A DNA stretch of 64,000 nt from a bacterium (GTDB lineage Bacteria > Patescibacteriota > Microgenomatia > Curtissbacterales > GWA2-41-24). Below the pieces are notes generated by a model. That model was given only the letters and a program-made list of their open reading frames with translations. It made no database searches and was not told the origin of the DNA. Where the stretch lies: positions 560,412 through 624,411 of the forward strand of contig JAKAJD010000001.1 of the NCBI GenBank assembly GCA_021813945.1, given 5' to 3'. Below are positions 18,788 to 28,985 of the stretch, piece after piece (the first letter of the stretch is position 1; every line of letters starts with the position of its first letter). The position numbers were made by a program, and so were the translations under genes.

Positions 18788-19351
18788 ATGACTCTGCCCA
18801 GAGAAAATTTTAAATTTAAAATTATAAATTTCAAATTAAGGAAAGGTTTTACCCTCATCGAGCTTCTGTTGGTAATTTCAATTATTGGCATATTAGCTGC
18901 GATCTCTTTCGCCTCTTTCACCCAAGCACAAACGAAAGCCCGTGACAGCAAACGGAAATCGGACTTAAAAGCCATTCAGCAGGCCCTGGAACAATATTAT
19001 CAGGCAAACAACATCTATCCCAACACAAACGGCGGAAAAATTCAGTGTAACACTACGAGCCCTGTTCCAGACGTAAACACAATCAATTGGGGATCTATTT
19101 TTCAATGCGCCGGCTTAATTTATCTGAACCCGCTTCCTAAAGACCCTGCATTTGACCCAAGCACCACCATAGACTATTACTACACTCCTCTTCCCGGCAA
19201 CCAAAAATATATGATAAGTGCAACAATCGAAAACAAAAATGACTCCGAAAATAAAGCCAACCCGTCATACATAACAGGTTCACTACCCTGCGATAACCCA
19301 ACATACAACGGGCCAACTTCTGGGAGAACCTACTGCGTAATAAACCCCTAA
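18788..19351 (+). CDS. Type IV pilin/GspG-like protein (no insert)
   Basis: KG|FTLIELLLVISIIGILA, ARDSKRKSDLKAIQQALEQYY, LPKDP...DYYY, YMISATIEN, C-terminal YCVINP. Confidence 0.92.
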   Translation: MTLPRENFKFKIINFKLRKGFTLIELLLVISIIGILAAISFASFTQAQTKARDSKRKSDLKAIQQALEQYYQANNIYPNTNGGKIQCNTTSPVPDVNTINWGSIFQCAGLIYLNPLPKDPAFDPSTTIDYYYTPLPGNQKYMISATIENKNDSENKANPSYITGSLPCDNPTYNGPTSGRTYCVINP

Positions 19352-19389
19352 ATTAAGTATTTTGTATCTGGTATTAAGCTATAAGCGAG

Positions 19390-19764
19390 TTATGTTCTTG
19401 GGGGAAACTTTTTCGCGCTTTTAATAAGTCCATTAATTAGCTTGCTAACGACAACAGATTGTTCAGACACCTGCTTATAATCCTCTAAGGATAAGTACTC
19501 CAAATCCCTCGAAATAATCACCTGATTCTGAACCTCAGTTAATGATCCGAGAGACATGTAATAAAACTGCACTTTCTCCTTTGCCCCGTTTCTGGAAAAT
19601 CCTTCAGCTATGTTACTTGTTATCGAGACGGCAGCTCTTCTAATCTGGTCAACGATACCAAATTTTTCGATACCAGGAAACTTCTTAGTAACTTGATAAC
19701 AAAGAAGCACCAGTTTGTGACCCTCTTTCCATGCTTCAAGCTCCGTAAACGACTTTATCCCCAT
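19390..19764 (-). CDS. Four helix bundle protein (23S rRNA IVS protein / bAvd-like family)
   Basis: SFTELEAWKEGH...FP..EKFG..DQIRRAAVSITSNIAEGF...GSL.E..NQ. Confidence 0.92.
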   Translation of the reverse strand: MGIKSFTELEAWKEGHKLVLLCYQVTKKFPGIEKFGIVDQIRRAAVSITSNIAEGFSRNGAKEKVQFYYMSLGSLTEVQNQVIISRDLEYLSLEDYKQVSEQSVVVSKLINGLIKSAKKFPPRT

Positions 19765-19798
19765 ACTAAATACTTTATACTCGATACTTAATACTTAT

Positions 19799-20053
19799 TT
19801 ACGCCATCAGCACGAAAAAGCCGGCAAGAACGGCAATAAGGGCAATAAGAAGGTATTCCAAAAACAATCTGCCGGTTGCTTCCCTTTTGGCGTGATGATA
19901 CGAAAATCCCCAAACAATATAAAACGTTGCCAAAAGAACGATTATTAAAAACTGTTCTGTCGGGCTGTAGCGTGCCAAATAAATCGCAACCATTCCAACC
20001 CCAAATCCAAAATACAAAAACAGATGCGCCAATTTTTCCAGTTTTTTATTCAT
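19799..20053 (-). CDS. Small integral membrane protein
   Basis: Three hydrophobic segments; YxxWGxxYHH...LEY motif. Confidence 0.7.
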   Translation of the reverse strand: MNKKLEKLAHLFLYFGFGVGMVAIYLARYSPTEQFLIIVLLATFYIVWGFSYHHAKREATGRLFLEYLLIALIAVLAGFFVLMA

Positions 20054-20090
20054 TTAGTTTTGACTTTTGCCTTTGAACTTTGAGTTTTCA

Positions 20091-21059
20091 TCATATTATT
20101 GCTCCTTGTACCGCATACCAGATCACCAAAAGCACAAATCCCAACATACCCAAATGCGCCAAAACTCCGGGCCTAAGATGCAAATTATCGCGCCTTACAA
20201 CAAATAAAACTTCAATTGCAAACAAAAAGAAAATAAATCCTACAATTGCCAAAGTCACAATTTTTGAAATAGAAAATTGTCGGCTGGCAAGAACCGTCGC
20301 GCTGGCAGCCGGTGCAGCACCCTGTTCCAAATTTACATTATCGCCTGGGTTGATAACGGCAAGCGGCGCAGGACTTGGACTTGGGATAGGTGTGGTCTGC
20401 AAGGCAACTTGTTTTCCGGCAGTTTGCGGCGTTGGGCTGGGAATTGGGCTTGGTGCCTGAGCAAGAGTCGGTGCAACAGGCACTGCCGCAACCGGCGTAC
20501 CAAACATTTGCACCACCAAAATCCCGTCAACACCGGTTAATTTCCCCGAAGCAACGGCAACCCCGATTTCTTTAAAATTGGCATCCAGTATGTTTTCTCT
20601 GTGGGAAGGTGAATTCATCCAGGCATCAACAACCGAACCGGCATCATTAAAATCTCGGGCTAGATTTTCGCCTGCGTAAATGTACCTATATCCGGCGCCG
20701 GTTATAAAACTCCAAGGTGTTCTACCTAAAGGGGAATTATGAGCCCAGTAGTTAACAGAAAACATATCCTGTGCTTTGGCTGCTGCAGCAGCCGCCAACT
20801 GACCGTTGTAAGTTAAAGGGCCCAAACCGTTTTGCACCCGCTTGGCATTTGTTAAATCTATAATTTGCTGAGCGGAAAATGTAGCGACTCCCAAAACCTG
20901 AGGCGCCCTAAGTTTCACAAAATAAAGACCTGCAATTAAAAAGACAAAAATCTGGAAATAGGTAAAAAGTGCTGGAACTGTTAATGCGTGGGCATGATGC
21001 TGCTTGCCATCTTCGTGATGATGAGGAATAATTTGCCTGGCAATTTTCCGATGGATCAC
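20091..21059 (-). CDS. CAP/SCP domain membrane protein
   Basis: LTNAKR..NGL, AAAAKAQDM...YWAH, AGENLA, WMNSPSHRENIL, C-terminal TMs. Confidence 0.9.
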   Translation of the reverse strand: MIHRKIARQIIPHHHEDGKQHHAHALTVPALFTYFQIFVFLIAGLYFVKLRAPQVLGVATFSAQQIIDLTNAKRVQNGLGPLTYNGQLAAAAAAKAQDMFSVNYWAHNSPLGRTPWSFITGAGYRYIYAGENLARDFNDAGSVVDAWMNSPSHRENILDANFKEIGVAVASGKLTGVDGILVVQMFGTPVAAVPVAPTLAQAPSPIPSPTPQTAGKQVALQTTPIPSPSPAPLAVINPGDNVNLEQGAAPAASATVLASRQFSISKIVTLAIVGFIFFLFAIEVLFVVRRDNLHLRPGVLAHLGMLGFVLLVIWYAVQGAII

Positions 21060-21087
21060 ATCTTAAGTTTAAACGAGGGCCCAGAAA

Positions 21088-21133
21088 AAGGCCAGGCCTT
21101 TTTCCAGATTCGCCCAAGTTAAGGCCTGGCCTT
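21088..21133. repeat. REP-like palindromic element
   Basis: aaggccaggcctt...aaggcctggcctt. Confidence 0.88.
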
Positions 21134-21197
21134 AACCCAAGCAGCGTTAGACGTTAGACAACCATATCAATCTATATAATATAGTATGATCTTTGTA

Positions 21198-22292
21198 TCA
21201 ATCAGGCAGAATTGACAGTTTGTAAACATTGGCAATTTTCGTCACTGCCGGCTTGGCGGTTCCGTCATCTCTAAAGATGGCAGTCGAACCTCCAAACGAA
21301 GTCCAGTAATTCATCCCAGCCACATTAGGATCTTTAACAAGAAGCGCAAGCGCCGAATCAATCCACCCTGCTTGTTCATCTTCCGTCATATTGCCGTTAA
21401 TATCCGGAATCGGTACACCTGTCTCCCCTAAAAAGATCTTGGCATTTGCCTTTTTAGCCAAACTATCGATGTCACCCAATAACTTATCCGCCCTATCAAC
21501 ATAGTGGTCTATGGCCACTACTCCACCCATCTGCTCTGCAGTATCTGAATCCATCACAAGTTTGGCGATGTCATAGTTCATTGACCATAAACCGCAATCG
21601 ACTTTCTTCCCGATTTTGGAAAATTCCGAATCGCACAACTGCTTTTCATCTATCATAAAGTTTCGAAAACCCGAAACGTCGCCGTTATTTCTAGGATCAC
21701 CAGGCCCTCCGTTTTCGCATTCAGGGCAAGGGCTAAAAATATCGCCGTCGACAAAAAGGTTGGGATTTTTTCGGATAAAAGCCGCAAGTTTAGTTTTGTG
21801 TTCATCCCGGCTCAAATCAGCAGGAACTCCGAACCAACCTTCCCATCCTGAAAAGTTGCCCCGAAACCAGACGTGAAGGTTGTAGCGCCTGGCAGCCGCC
21901 ACCCATCTCGAAAGGATCGGCACAAAGCGGTCGTCATAAGGCGTAGCGATAGCTACAGTATTAGCACCGGTTGCCGCAATACTTTTAACCTGTGAATCAA
22001 TAACTGCGTCAAAACGAGGATCGGTAATAGCTTGCGCCGAAAGATCTCTGGAAAATTTCATCGTGTCGACAGATTTAACACTCCATGTACGCTCCTGGGG
22101 CGCAGTCGGTTGTGGACCTTGTTGCACGGTAAAAATTGGCTTTTTGTTAAACATTAAAAATCCTAAAACTGCCGCAAAAACCAAAAGCACAGCAGCCAAA
22201 ACCCCAACCCAAAGCTTACTTTTGCTTGCCCAAAACCGGTTCATAGTTAAGCCCTCCCAAATACTGTGGTTTGATCTCATAAATATCCGCAA
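21198..22292 (-). CDS. Membrane-anchored glycoside hydrolase-like (TIM barrel) protein
   Basis: SVDTMKFSRD, VWFRG, PECENG, IDHY, FLGETG and NYW pattern resembling clan GH-A. The true start is likely downstream (ATG 22244). Confidence 0.6.
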   Translation of the reverse strand: MRIFMRSNHSIWEGLTMNRFWASKSKLWVGVLAAVLLVFAAVLGFLMFNKKPIFTVQQGPQPTAPQERTWSVKSVDTMKFSRDLSAQAITDPRFDAVIDSQVKSIAATGANTVAIATPYDDRFVPILSRWVAAARRYNLHVWFRGNFSGWEGWFGVPADLSRDEHKTKLAAFIRKNPNLFVDGDIFSPCPECENGGPGDPRNNGDVSGFRNFMIDEKQLCDSEFSKIGKKVDCGLWSMNYDIAKLVMDSDTAEQMGGVVAIDHYVDRADKLLGDIDSLAKKANAKIFLGETGVPIPDINGNMTEDEQAGWIDSALALLVKDPNVAGMNYWTSFGGSTAIFRDDGTAKPAVTKIANVYKLSILPD

Positions 22293-23847
22293 AAGGAAAA
22301 TGTTGGATTAAAGCGTAATCTTCCTTAAAACCTACAGTATTTTTAATAAGTTTATACGTCTGATCACTATCGTCATAAGTTCGCATTACAATCCATCTCG
22401 CCCAATGCTCCGGACCGGAAGTTGCACTGTCCCAATAGGCGCCTGTTCCCTCGTGAATAAATCGCTTCATTGGAAGCCCCGAGGAAAAAATTATCGCATC
22501 ATGTGAGGCCGCAGAAATCAGCACAAAGCCTTTTTTGTCCTTTGCATTGGCTCTAAGCCAACCAGCAACTTCCGAAACGTTCTTCTGGGAAGACCCGACA
22601 CGTGCATCGTCAATAGTAACAGCATCAAAATTCGTATACGAGAAAAACGTTGCAAATAATAGCAAACCGATAATAATAACCCTAAAATCCTTAATTTTAT
22701 CGATAAGGTATCCAACCAAAATTGCTATCGTTGGTACCATCATCACGCCATATCGGACATTAAACCAAGTATTTCCAGAAAGTCCTTGGATAAACAACAC
22801 GGAAAAGCCAAAGTAAAGCGCCAGGATATTAAAGATAAAAGGGGTCATAAGCGCGCTTGAGCTTATTTTGACGCTTCCCTTGACCCTATCGCTTACCCAA
22901 AAGTAAATTGCCCCAACTAAACCAAGAGTAAGTGGCAACAGTCCTGTGTTGTAAAGAAGCGCAAAAAAATAAATCTTCACTGAAAGCCACAGATTACTTT
23001 TAGTAGCCAAATTTCCAGCCTCCAGAAGCTGCTGTTGCTGGGCATGCGCAGAATACGGGCCTAACGCAAAATACAGTGGGTCGCCAAAGATTGCCAAGTT
23101 CCACAAAAACCACAATGCTGCCCCAATCGCCGCAAGCGTCGAAAAGAATATAAGCGTACCCTCAGCGGCCTTATAACCCTTCTTGCGGTAAACGTGCCAA
23201 ACTATTAAAACTCCTGCCCACAAAAGCAGAAACCAACCGTCGTAACGGACCAGCGTCGAAAGGGCTATCCAAAAAGCCGATTTAATAAGCCGAAAAATCT
23301 TATCGGAAACATGCCACATCACCAACTCGTAAACGCCCGCCGTCATGGTAAACAGAAGCAAAAGTTCGGTCATTGCCGTTGATTGCAAGTACAAAATATT
23401 CAAGTTGGAAGCAAAAACAAATACGCCTGTTAACCGTCCGAGATAACCAACCCCTAAGTTCTTTAAAAACCTGTATATCAAATACCCTGTGCCGACATAC
23501 GAAGCCATCGAAACAATAGCCCCCGCAAAACCGGAGTGCCACAAAAAGTCATTCCAGATAAAGGGAATCATCATAATGTGAGGAAGTGGCAGCCAAACTG
23601 AACCTAACTGGGCAAGCCCCGGCTTAAGACCCTCTACAACCCTTCTTCCAATATCCAAATGTGATCTTGCATCGTTATATGCCAAACCCAAACCGTTTTT
23701 ATAAAAATAGAAGTAAGTTGCAATGCTAACCGCCGTCAAACAAAAAAGGACGGCCCATGAGATATTTTTTTCAAGGTTAGCATTTGCCCTTTTTAATAAA
23801 TTATTCGAAAAAAGAAACTGGACTACTCCACCGCCAATTTTTATCAT
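22216..23847 (-). CDS. GT-C fold membrane glycosyltransferase (ArnT/PMT-like)
   Basis: Multi-TM; YNDARSHL..RR, WLPLPH, MTE, RYDGW, NVRYG. Confidence 0.75.
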   Translation of the reverse strand: MIKIGGGVVQFLFSNNLLKRANANLEKNISWAVLFCLTAVSIATYFYFYKNGLGLAYNDARSHLDIGRRVVEGLKPGLAQLGSVWLPLPHIMMIPFIWNDFLWHSGFAGAIVSMASYVGTGYLIYRFLKNLGVGYLGRLTGVFVFASNLNILYLQSTAMTELLLLFTMTAGVYELVMWHVSDKIFRLIKSAFWIALSTLVRYDGWFLLLWAGVLIVWHVYRKKGYKAAEGTLIFFSTLAAIGAALWFLWNLAIFGDPLYFALGPYSAHAQQQQLLEAGNLATKSNLWLSVKIYFFALLYNTGLLPLTLGLVGAIYFWVSDRVKGSVKISSSALMTPFIFNILALYFGFSVLFIQGLSGNTWFNVRYGVMMVPTIAILVGYLIDKIKDFRVIIIGLLLFATFFSYTNFDAVTIDDARVGSSQKNVSEVAGWLRANAKDKKGFVLISAASHDAIIFSSGLPMKRFIHEGTGAYWDSATSGPEHWARWIVMRTYDDSDQTYKLIKNTVGFKEDYALIQHFPFADIYEIKPQYLGGLNYEPVLGKQK

Positions 23848-25326
23848 TTATTTATTCCTTTCAAGGGAAAATAAGGTGAAACCGAAAACAGCAATTATTG
23901 AGACTAAAATCACTAAATAAAAGACATTGAGGGTTAATAAGTGATCTAAATAGGTATTGTAGAAAAAAGAACTGGTAACTCCTTTTTGAAAAACATCCCA
24001 ATTGAGCATGTAATTCCATTTCATACCAAGCGCTACTGCCTCAACCTGCGGGGGAACTTGATTTGTTGTTATTGCTCCTAAAAGGTTGACAGAGGCTCCA
24101 TAGCAAAAAAGTCCAAAAAGCATTAGATTAAACCAAATCTTCTTTCTGAAAAGATCTACCGCTTCTGAAATAAAAATTGCCGCGAAGGCAAAAATGGGAA
24201 CCAAGTACCTTGGCCCAAATGCCCAACCGCCATACGGGTCACCCCACATCGTGTATAAGACAAAAATGAAAAGTACTGTGCCGATTAGTGCGACCGATTG
24301 CTCATATCTTCGCCTGATAAGCTCCCCTATTCCTAAAACAGCTACAATTACTATTGGCGCGTAATATATGAATCCTCTATCTTCGCTGAAAACAAGAGTG
24401 GCGAAACCGTGGCCCATCCTTCGTGTATTAAAAAATCTTGAAGTATTTTTCTGAGTTGAGAGCGTCTTAATAATGGGAGCATTATTCTGATCAAAATCCT
24501 TAACAGACGTTAAAGTTCCCGCAAGCTGAAAAGGCTTGTTAAAAACCGTTAAGCTGTAAAGTGAGTAGGCTCCTAAAGCCAGGACTATACCTAAAACTGC
24601 CAGAAGGAAGCGGGCTTGGAAAAAGATTTTCGTATATCTGCTGTCCCTTTGTACTTTTATTACGGTTTGCACAGCATAAAAAATTAGCGGGATAAAAAAT
24701 ATCGGGTTTTGGGAATCTATCCAAAATGATAGTCCAACCAAAAAAGCGGCTATCCCCAACCTAATAACATTCCTTTTGGAAAACAGCAAAGCAGCTGTCG
24801 AAAGAAGCAAAAAAGTAGTCAGCTGATGCTGGTAATAGGAAACGCTATACGCAAATGACGTTGTGGCAAACAGATAGCTGAGCCCTCCAACAATAGATGC
24901 TTTAAAAGAAATTTTAAGCTGCTGGCAAATTTTCAAAATCAGAAGAAAGTTCAAAACCGCAAAAAATGCAGGCATCGCAAAAGTAGATACCTGAGCCAAG
25001 TTAAATGGTGCACCTAACAAATAAAATGGCACACCCAAAATAGACATCCCGGGTGATACGAGAAGTGTGTACTTACCACTAAAAAACCCCAAATCGGGTG
25101 TTACAATTTTTGCGATATCTTGCCTCAAAAAGAAGCTGTGATCTTGGGCAAGAGACATTGTTAGGGCGTACCTACCCCGCTCCGGAGATAACTCAAAAGG
25201 CTGACCCATCACCTTCTGCTCATTATAAATTTGCGAAGATGTCGGATTTCCGTAATTTCCTTTCAAGGTTAAAACAAAAATAAGCGAAATAAAAATTACA
25301 AAAAAAGCGACTAAGAATTTTTTCAT
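23848..25326 (-). CDS. GT-C fold polytopic membrane glycosyltransferase-like protein
   Basis: Multi-TM; PERGRYALT, RGFIYYAP, WGDPYGGWAFGPRYLVP. Start ATG 25326 overlaps the upstream stop. Confidence 0.7.
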   Translation of the reverse strand: MKKFLVAFFVIFISLIFVLTLKGNYGNPTSSQIYNEQKVMGQPFELSPERGRYALTMSLAQDHSFFLRQDIAKIVTPDLGFFSGKYTLLVSPGMSILGVPFYLLGAPFNLAQVSTFAMPAFFAVLNFLLILKICQQLKISFKASIVGGLSYLFATTSFAYSVSYYQHQLTTFLLLSTAALLFSKRNVIRLGIAAFLVGLSFWIDSQNPIFFIPLIFYAVQTVIKVQRDSRYTKIFFQARFLLAVLGIVLALGAYSLYSLTVFNKPFQLAGTLTSVKDFDQNNAPIIKTLSTQKNTSRFFNTRRMGHGFATLVFSEDRGFIYYAPIVIVAVLGIGELIRRRYEQSVALIGTVLFIFVLYTMWGDPYGGWAFGPRYLVPIFAFAAIFISEAVDLFRKKIWFNLMLFGLFCYGASVNLLGAITTNQVPPQVEAVALGMKWNYMLNWDVFQKGVTSSFFYNTYLDHLLTLNVFYLVILVSIIAVFGFTLFSLERNK

Positions 25327-26228
25327 ACGAGGCTCTTTGTTGTTTTCGAAAGCTCCCATCCAAATCTTGGACTCACATAAGGCTTAATAACTAGACTCAG
25401 CCTTACGAAAAGTTCCAAAGCAAAATAGCATAAAGCATATGCTGGTGATTTCACAAATCCCAAGACTATCGCTCTCATTTTGTAGCTTCTTGGAATTTTA
25501 TAAACCTCTAATACACCGTCTCCAAAATACTTTTCCAACCTGTGTTTTGCTGATAAATTTCGTCTATGTTGAAGTAAGTAATCAAAAAAGGTGCTCGGAT
25601 TCCTAAAATAAACAAAGGCATTTTCAGCAAACACAAAACCCAAACCAGCCTCTCTGTTTTTAACATAAACAAAATCGTCTGTTCCATAAAGCCCCTGCGG
25701 CATCCTCAAACAGGTAACAAGCTCATGCGACATGGCCGAAATAGACCCTTGATGGTTGTGAACGTTATCACCATTGTTTAAGTTTCGCTTGGTCGAATGC
25801 CATATGTAATCGCCCATTTTGTGAACTTTTTCGATAAAAGATTTGGGATTATCGGCTATCCGAAATCCGGCAACCAAACCAACACCTTTTGCAAAACCGG
25901 AAACGAGGCGGGAAATAACCTTATCACTTGAAAGTATTACGTCACCGTCAAATTTTATACAAACATCACTCTTAGATCTCAAAAAAACTTCGTTCAAACG
26001 TGCTGCCAACCCCATCCTTTGGCTATATTCTATAAGTTCAATCTCAGAATTTCTAAACGACTTTACTTTAGAAACCGTCGAATCGGTACTCCCGTCAGAT
26101 ACAACAATAATTTTCTTAATATAGAAATTTTCTCCCTTCTGGCTTATGATACTTTTCAAAAGTCGTTCAATATTTTCATCCTCATTGTAAGCACAAATTA
26201 CAACATCTACCGTTTTTTTATTCTTCAT
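25323..26228 (-). CDS. Glycosyltransferase family 2
   Basis: ICAYNEDENI, VSDGSTDST, FDGD. Start ATG 26228 overlaps the upstream stop. Confidence 0.88.
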   Translation of the reverse strand: MKNKKTVDVVICAYNEDENIERLLKSIISQKGENFYIKKIIVVSDGSTDSTVSKVKSFRNSEIELIEYSQRMGLAARLNEVFLRSKSDVCIKFDGDVILSSDKVISRLVSGFAKGVGLVAGFRIADNPKSFIEKVHKMGDYIWHSTKRNLNNGDNVHNHQGSISAMSHELVTCLRMPQGLYGTDDFVYVKNREAGLGFVFAENAFVYFRNPSTFFDYLLQHRRNLSAKHRLEKYFGDGVLEVYKIPRSYKMRAIVLGFVKSPAYALCYFALELFVRLSLVIKPYVSPRFGWELSKTTKSLV

Positions 26229-28063
26229 ATAACCACCCTTTTTGAAGATTGAGCGATTTCCCAACCTGTCTTATTAGCAAATCTCCTTTTTGCGAAAATT
26301 TCACCATACCAAAAAACCAGGGAGTAGCCTAAAAATGAAACTGGCGAACTCAACAGAAAACTTGCAACCATCCTCACTCGGTCAGATATTCCAATACGAA
26401 AGGCTGAAATCACACTTTCTTTTTTGCCAAATTTTTTAATCAAAAGTTCCCTGCCTCCCATAAAACGCTGGCTCTGCTTAAAATGGTCCGCAATATTCGA
26501 GGGTGATCTGAAAATAACCCTGGCATTTTCACTGAATACGAATTTGAAACCCTTCTTCCGCGCAAAAAGATATGAAAAAGAGTCTTCAGGAAGCAATGTC
26601 GGCCAAACAATCAGTTTATAAAATTTCTTTGAAAAAGCCCTGGCCCTTCCGTGACAAAGATATAAATTATCCCCTCCCGACATTCTCAAATACATTTTGT
26701 TCTTAAAATAATGACTATCCGAAATAATTTTCTCAAAAAAAGTCACTGGCCTTGCAGACACAGTATTTGCTCCCACCAAACCTACGTTAGGATCCGAAAG
26801 AATGGGTAAAATCAGATTATCCAAAAAATCCCGTTTCACAGGCAAAACGTCACCATCCAAAATGACTAAAATATCTCCTTTGGCAGCTTTGGTAATTTGA
26901 TTCTGAGCTTTTTCCACACCCAACCTTATGTTATTTTCAATAACCTTAATCCTGGAATCTTTTTTTGAACGACAAATCTGGACAGTTCCGTCATCTGAAC
27001 CATCGGAAACAATAATTATCTCCAAAAGTTTCCCGTGAACTAGCTTCTGTTTTAAAATTCTGTCTATCAACAAACCAATATTCGCTTCCTCATTATATGC
27101 TGGGATTCCAACCGACACGGTGGCATTTAAATCAACAGCCCCCGGCCCGGAGACAAGTTCTTTTGAAGATCCGTAGATTTCGTGCACAGCGGAAAAAGCT
27201 GACCTTCTTAAAACGGCTAGCCTGTTTGCTATAATTTCCGCAAAAAACAAAACAGTCCAAAAGGGATTCTCAGCAAAATTGGAAATTAACGACCTAGCCG
27301 CCAGAAGAGGAGGAATCTTATATTCCGAGTCCAAAATCTCTTTAGGAAAATATTTTTCAAGAGCTTTTTTACCACTCAAAAATTTTTTTACCTGACGCTT
27401 CCGATCGGAAAAGCTGCCGACATTGCGCATGTAAGCCTGAGCTTTAGGATTTCTGGCCATGGAAAATCCAAGTTGTTTTAATCTGAAATATGTATACGCA
27501 TCCTCTGGAACATTTATCGGCCACTCCAGTTTTTTCGAAAAAGCCCTCGAAATAACCTTCATTGAATGCCCGCCTGATGTGTAAACGTTTAGCCCTTTTT
27601 TCCAAGTTGAAAAAAGCTTCAATTTAACTAAAAGCCCATGATAGAGTACTCTTTCATAAAATTTCTTTGGTTTAAGTGGTACAGGTCTTCCGATAACCAT
27701 GCCCAAATTGGAAATATTAGAATCATAAAAAGGCTTTACCAACTCCGAAAGCGTTTTATCCGAAACAGGCAGAATATCACCCTCGATAATTGCCAGCAAA
27801 TCTCCGCGAAAAAGCTGTAAGAGCTGGTTCTGTCTTGCCTGTTGGCCTAACCTTGTCCTGCCTTCTATAAGAGTAATCAAAGGATTATTGATGCTTTTAA
27901 CTAACTCGCAAGTCGAATCATAACTACCATCGGAAACCACAATTATTTCTTCTAGCTTAAATCCTTCTTGCTTCTGTAAAAGCAAGACCTCGATTAATTG
28001 GCAAATGTTTTTTTCTTCGTTAAAAACCGGAATCCCAACAGTTAGTGTAAGTTTTTTCTTCAT
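26225..28063 (-). CDS. Tandem double-domain glycosyltransferase family 2
   Basis: Two GT2 domains: GIPVFNEE/SDGS/EGD/PED and GIPAYNEE/SDGS/DGD/PED. Confidence 0.88.
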   Translation of the reverse strand: MKKKLTLTVGIPVFNEEKNICQLIEVLLLQKQEGFKLEEIIVVSDGSYDSTCELVKSINNPLITLIEGRTRLGQQARQNQLLQLFRGDLLAIIEGDILPVSDKTLSELVKPFYDSNISNLGMVIGRPVPLKPKKFYERVLYHGLLVKLKLFSTWKKGLNVYTSGGHSMKVISRAFSKKLEWPINVPEDAYTYFRLKQLGFSMARNPKAQAYMRNVGSFSDRKRQVKKFLSGKKALEKYFPKEILDSEYKIPPLLAARSLISNFAENPFWTVLFFAEIIANRLAVLRRSAFSAVHEIYGSSKELVSGPGAVDLNATVSVGIPAYNEEANIGLLIDRILKQKLVHGKLLEIIIVSDGSDDGTVQICRSKKDSRIKVIENNIRLGVEKAQNQITKAAKGDILVILDGDVLPVKRDFLDNLILPILSDPNVGLVGANTVSARPVTFFEKIISDSHYFKNKMYLRMSGGDNLYLCHGRARAFSKKFYKLIVWPTLLPEDSFSYLFARKKGFKFVFSENARVIFRSPSNIADHFKQSQRFMGGRELLIKKFGKKESVISAFRIGISDRVRMVASFLLSSPVSFLGYSLVFWYGEIFAKRRFANKTGWEIAQSSKRVVI

Positions 28064-28064
28064 G

Positions 28065-28985
28065 TTAAATCACCTTTTTTGAAGAAGGAACTGTTTCCCA
28101 TAAGCCTTGCTTAATAAGGGGCTCATCCTTCGTCGGAATACTTCTAATAACGTAGTGAAAAATCAGCGCTAAGGGCACCCAGAAAGGATTCTTCAGAAAG
28201 GCGGTTATGGTTCCTTTAACTTCTGCACTCCGCGGAACTTTGTATAGACCATAAGTCCAATCGCCAAAATACTCGGCTATCTTTTTGTTCACATTAGTGA
28301 AACGGTTAAACTGCTTAAGACGGTCTGCTACATTATCTGGGGATCGGTAAAAAACGACGGAATTCTTTGCAAAGCGACAACTCCTTTCGCTTTTGTAAGC
28401 TTTAAAAAACAAGAATTTATTTAACGAAAAATCCCCCTCAGGGCACTTAGTTTTTCTAGCAAAATCCCCCCGCACGGCAAATGCACAGGAACTAAAGTTG
28501 TGAATATTATGACCATCTTCAAGATCCTTTCTTATCTCGTACCAAATCAAAAACCAGGTATTAATGAGCTTTTCAGTGATATTTCTGGCCGGAACCGGAA
28601 TTTTATTAAAACCCACCAAATTAACTTTTTCGTCTTTGAACCAGTCAACAGCGTTGCCCAAGGAATCTTCATTTTCCAAAACTACATCTCCATCCAAATA
28701 GACTAAAATGTCTCCCCTCCCGCCCGCAAAAAACTGATTAACCCTGGCTGTTTTCCCTAAACGTCTTCCATCTGATACTAGCGCCACTTTTCCCTCCTTT
28801 TGCGAAAATGCTCTTACTATCAAATCAGTTTTATCGGTTGACCCGTCGCTGTAAACATAAATCCTGTCGATTTGAAAATTTTCCTGCTTCTGACCACAGA
28901 TTGAATTCAAAATATTTTCGATATTTTCCTGCTCGTTGTAAGCGGAAATTCCAAGTGTAACTTTCGGCGTTTTAAATTTGCTCAT
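28065..28985 (-). CDS. Glycosyltransferase family 2
   Basis: GISAYNEQENI, SDGSTDKT, LDGD. Confidence 0.88.
   Translation of the reverse strand: MSKFKTPKVTLGISAYNEQENIENILNSICGQKQENFQIDRIYVYSDGSTDKTDLIVRAFSQKEGKVALVSDGRRLGKTARVNQFFAGGRGDILVYLDGDVVLENEDSLGNAVDWFKDEKVNLVGFNKIPVPARNITEKLINTWFLIWYEIRKDLEDGHNIHNFSSCAFAVRGDFARKTKCPEGDFSLNKFLFFKAYKSERSCRFAKNSVVFYRSPDNVADRLKQFNRFTNVNKKIAEYFGDWTYGLYKVPRSAEVKGTITAFLKNPFWVPLALIFHYVIRSIPTKDEPLIKQGLWETVPSSKKVI

Noticed and set aside
19390-19764. Diversity-generating retroelement (Avd-like gene)
   Set aside because: No reverse transcriptase and no TR/VR pair differing at adenines is visible in the window.
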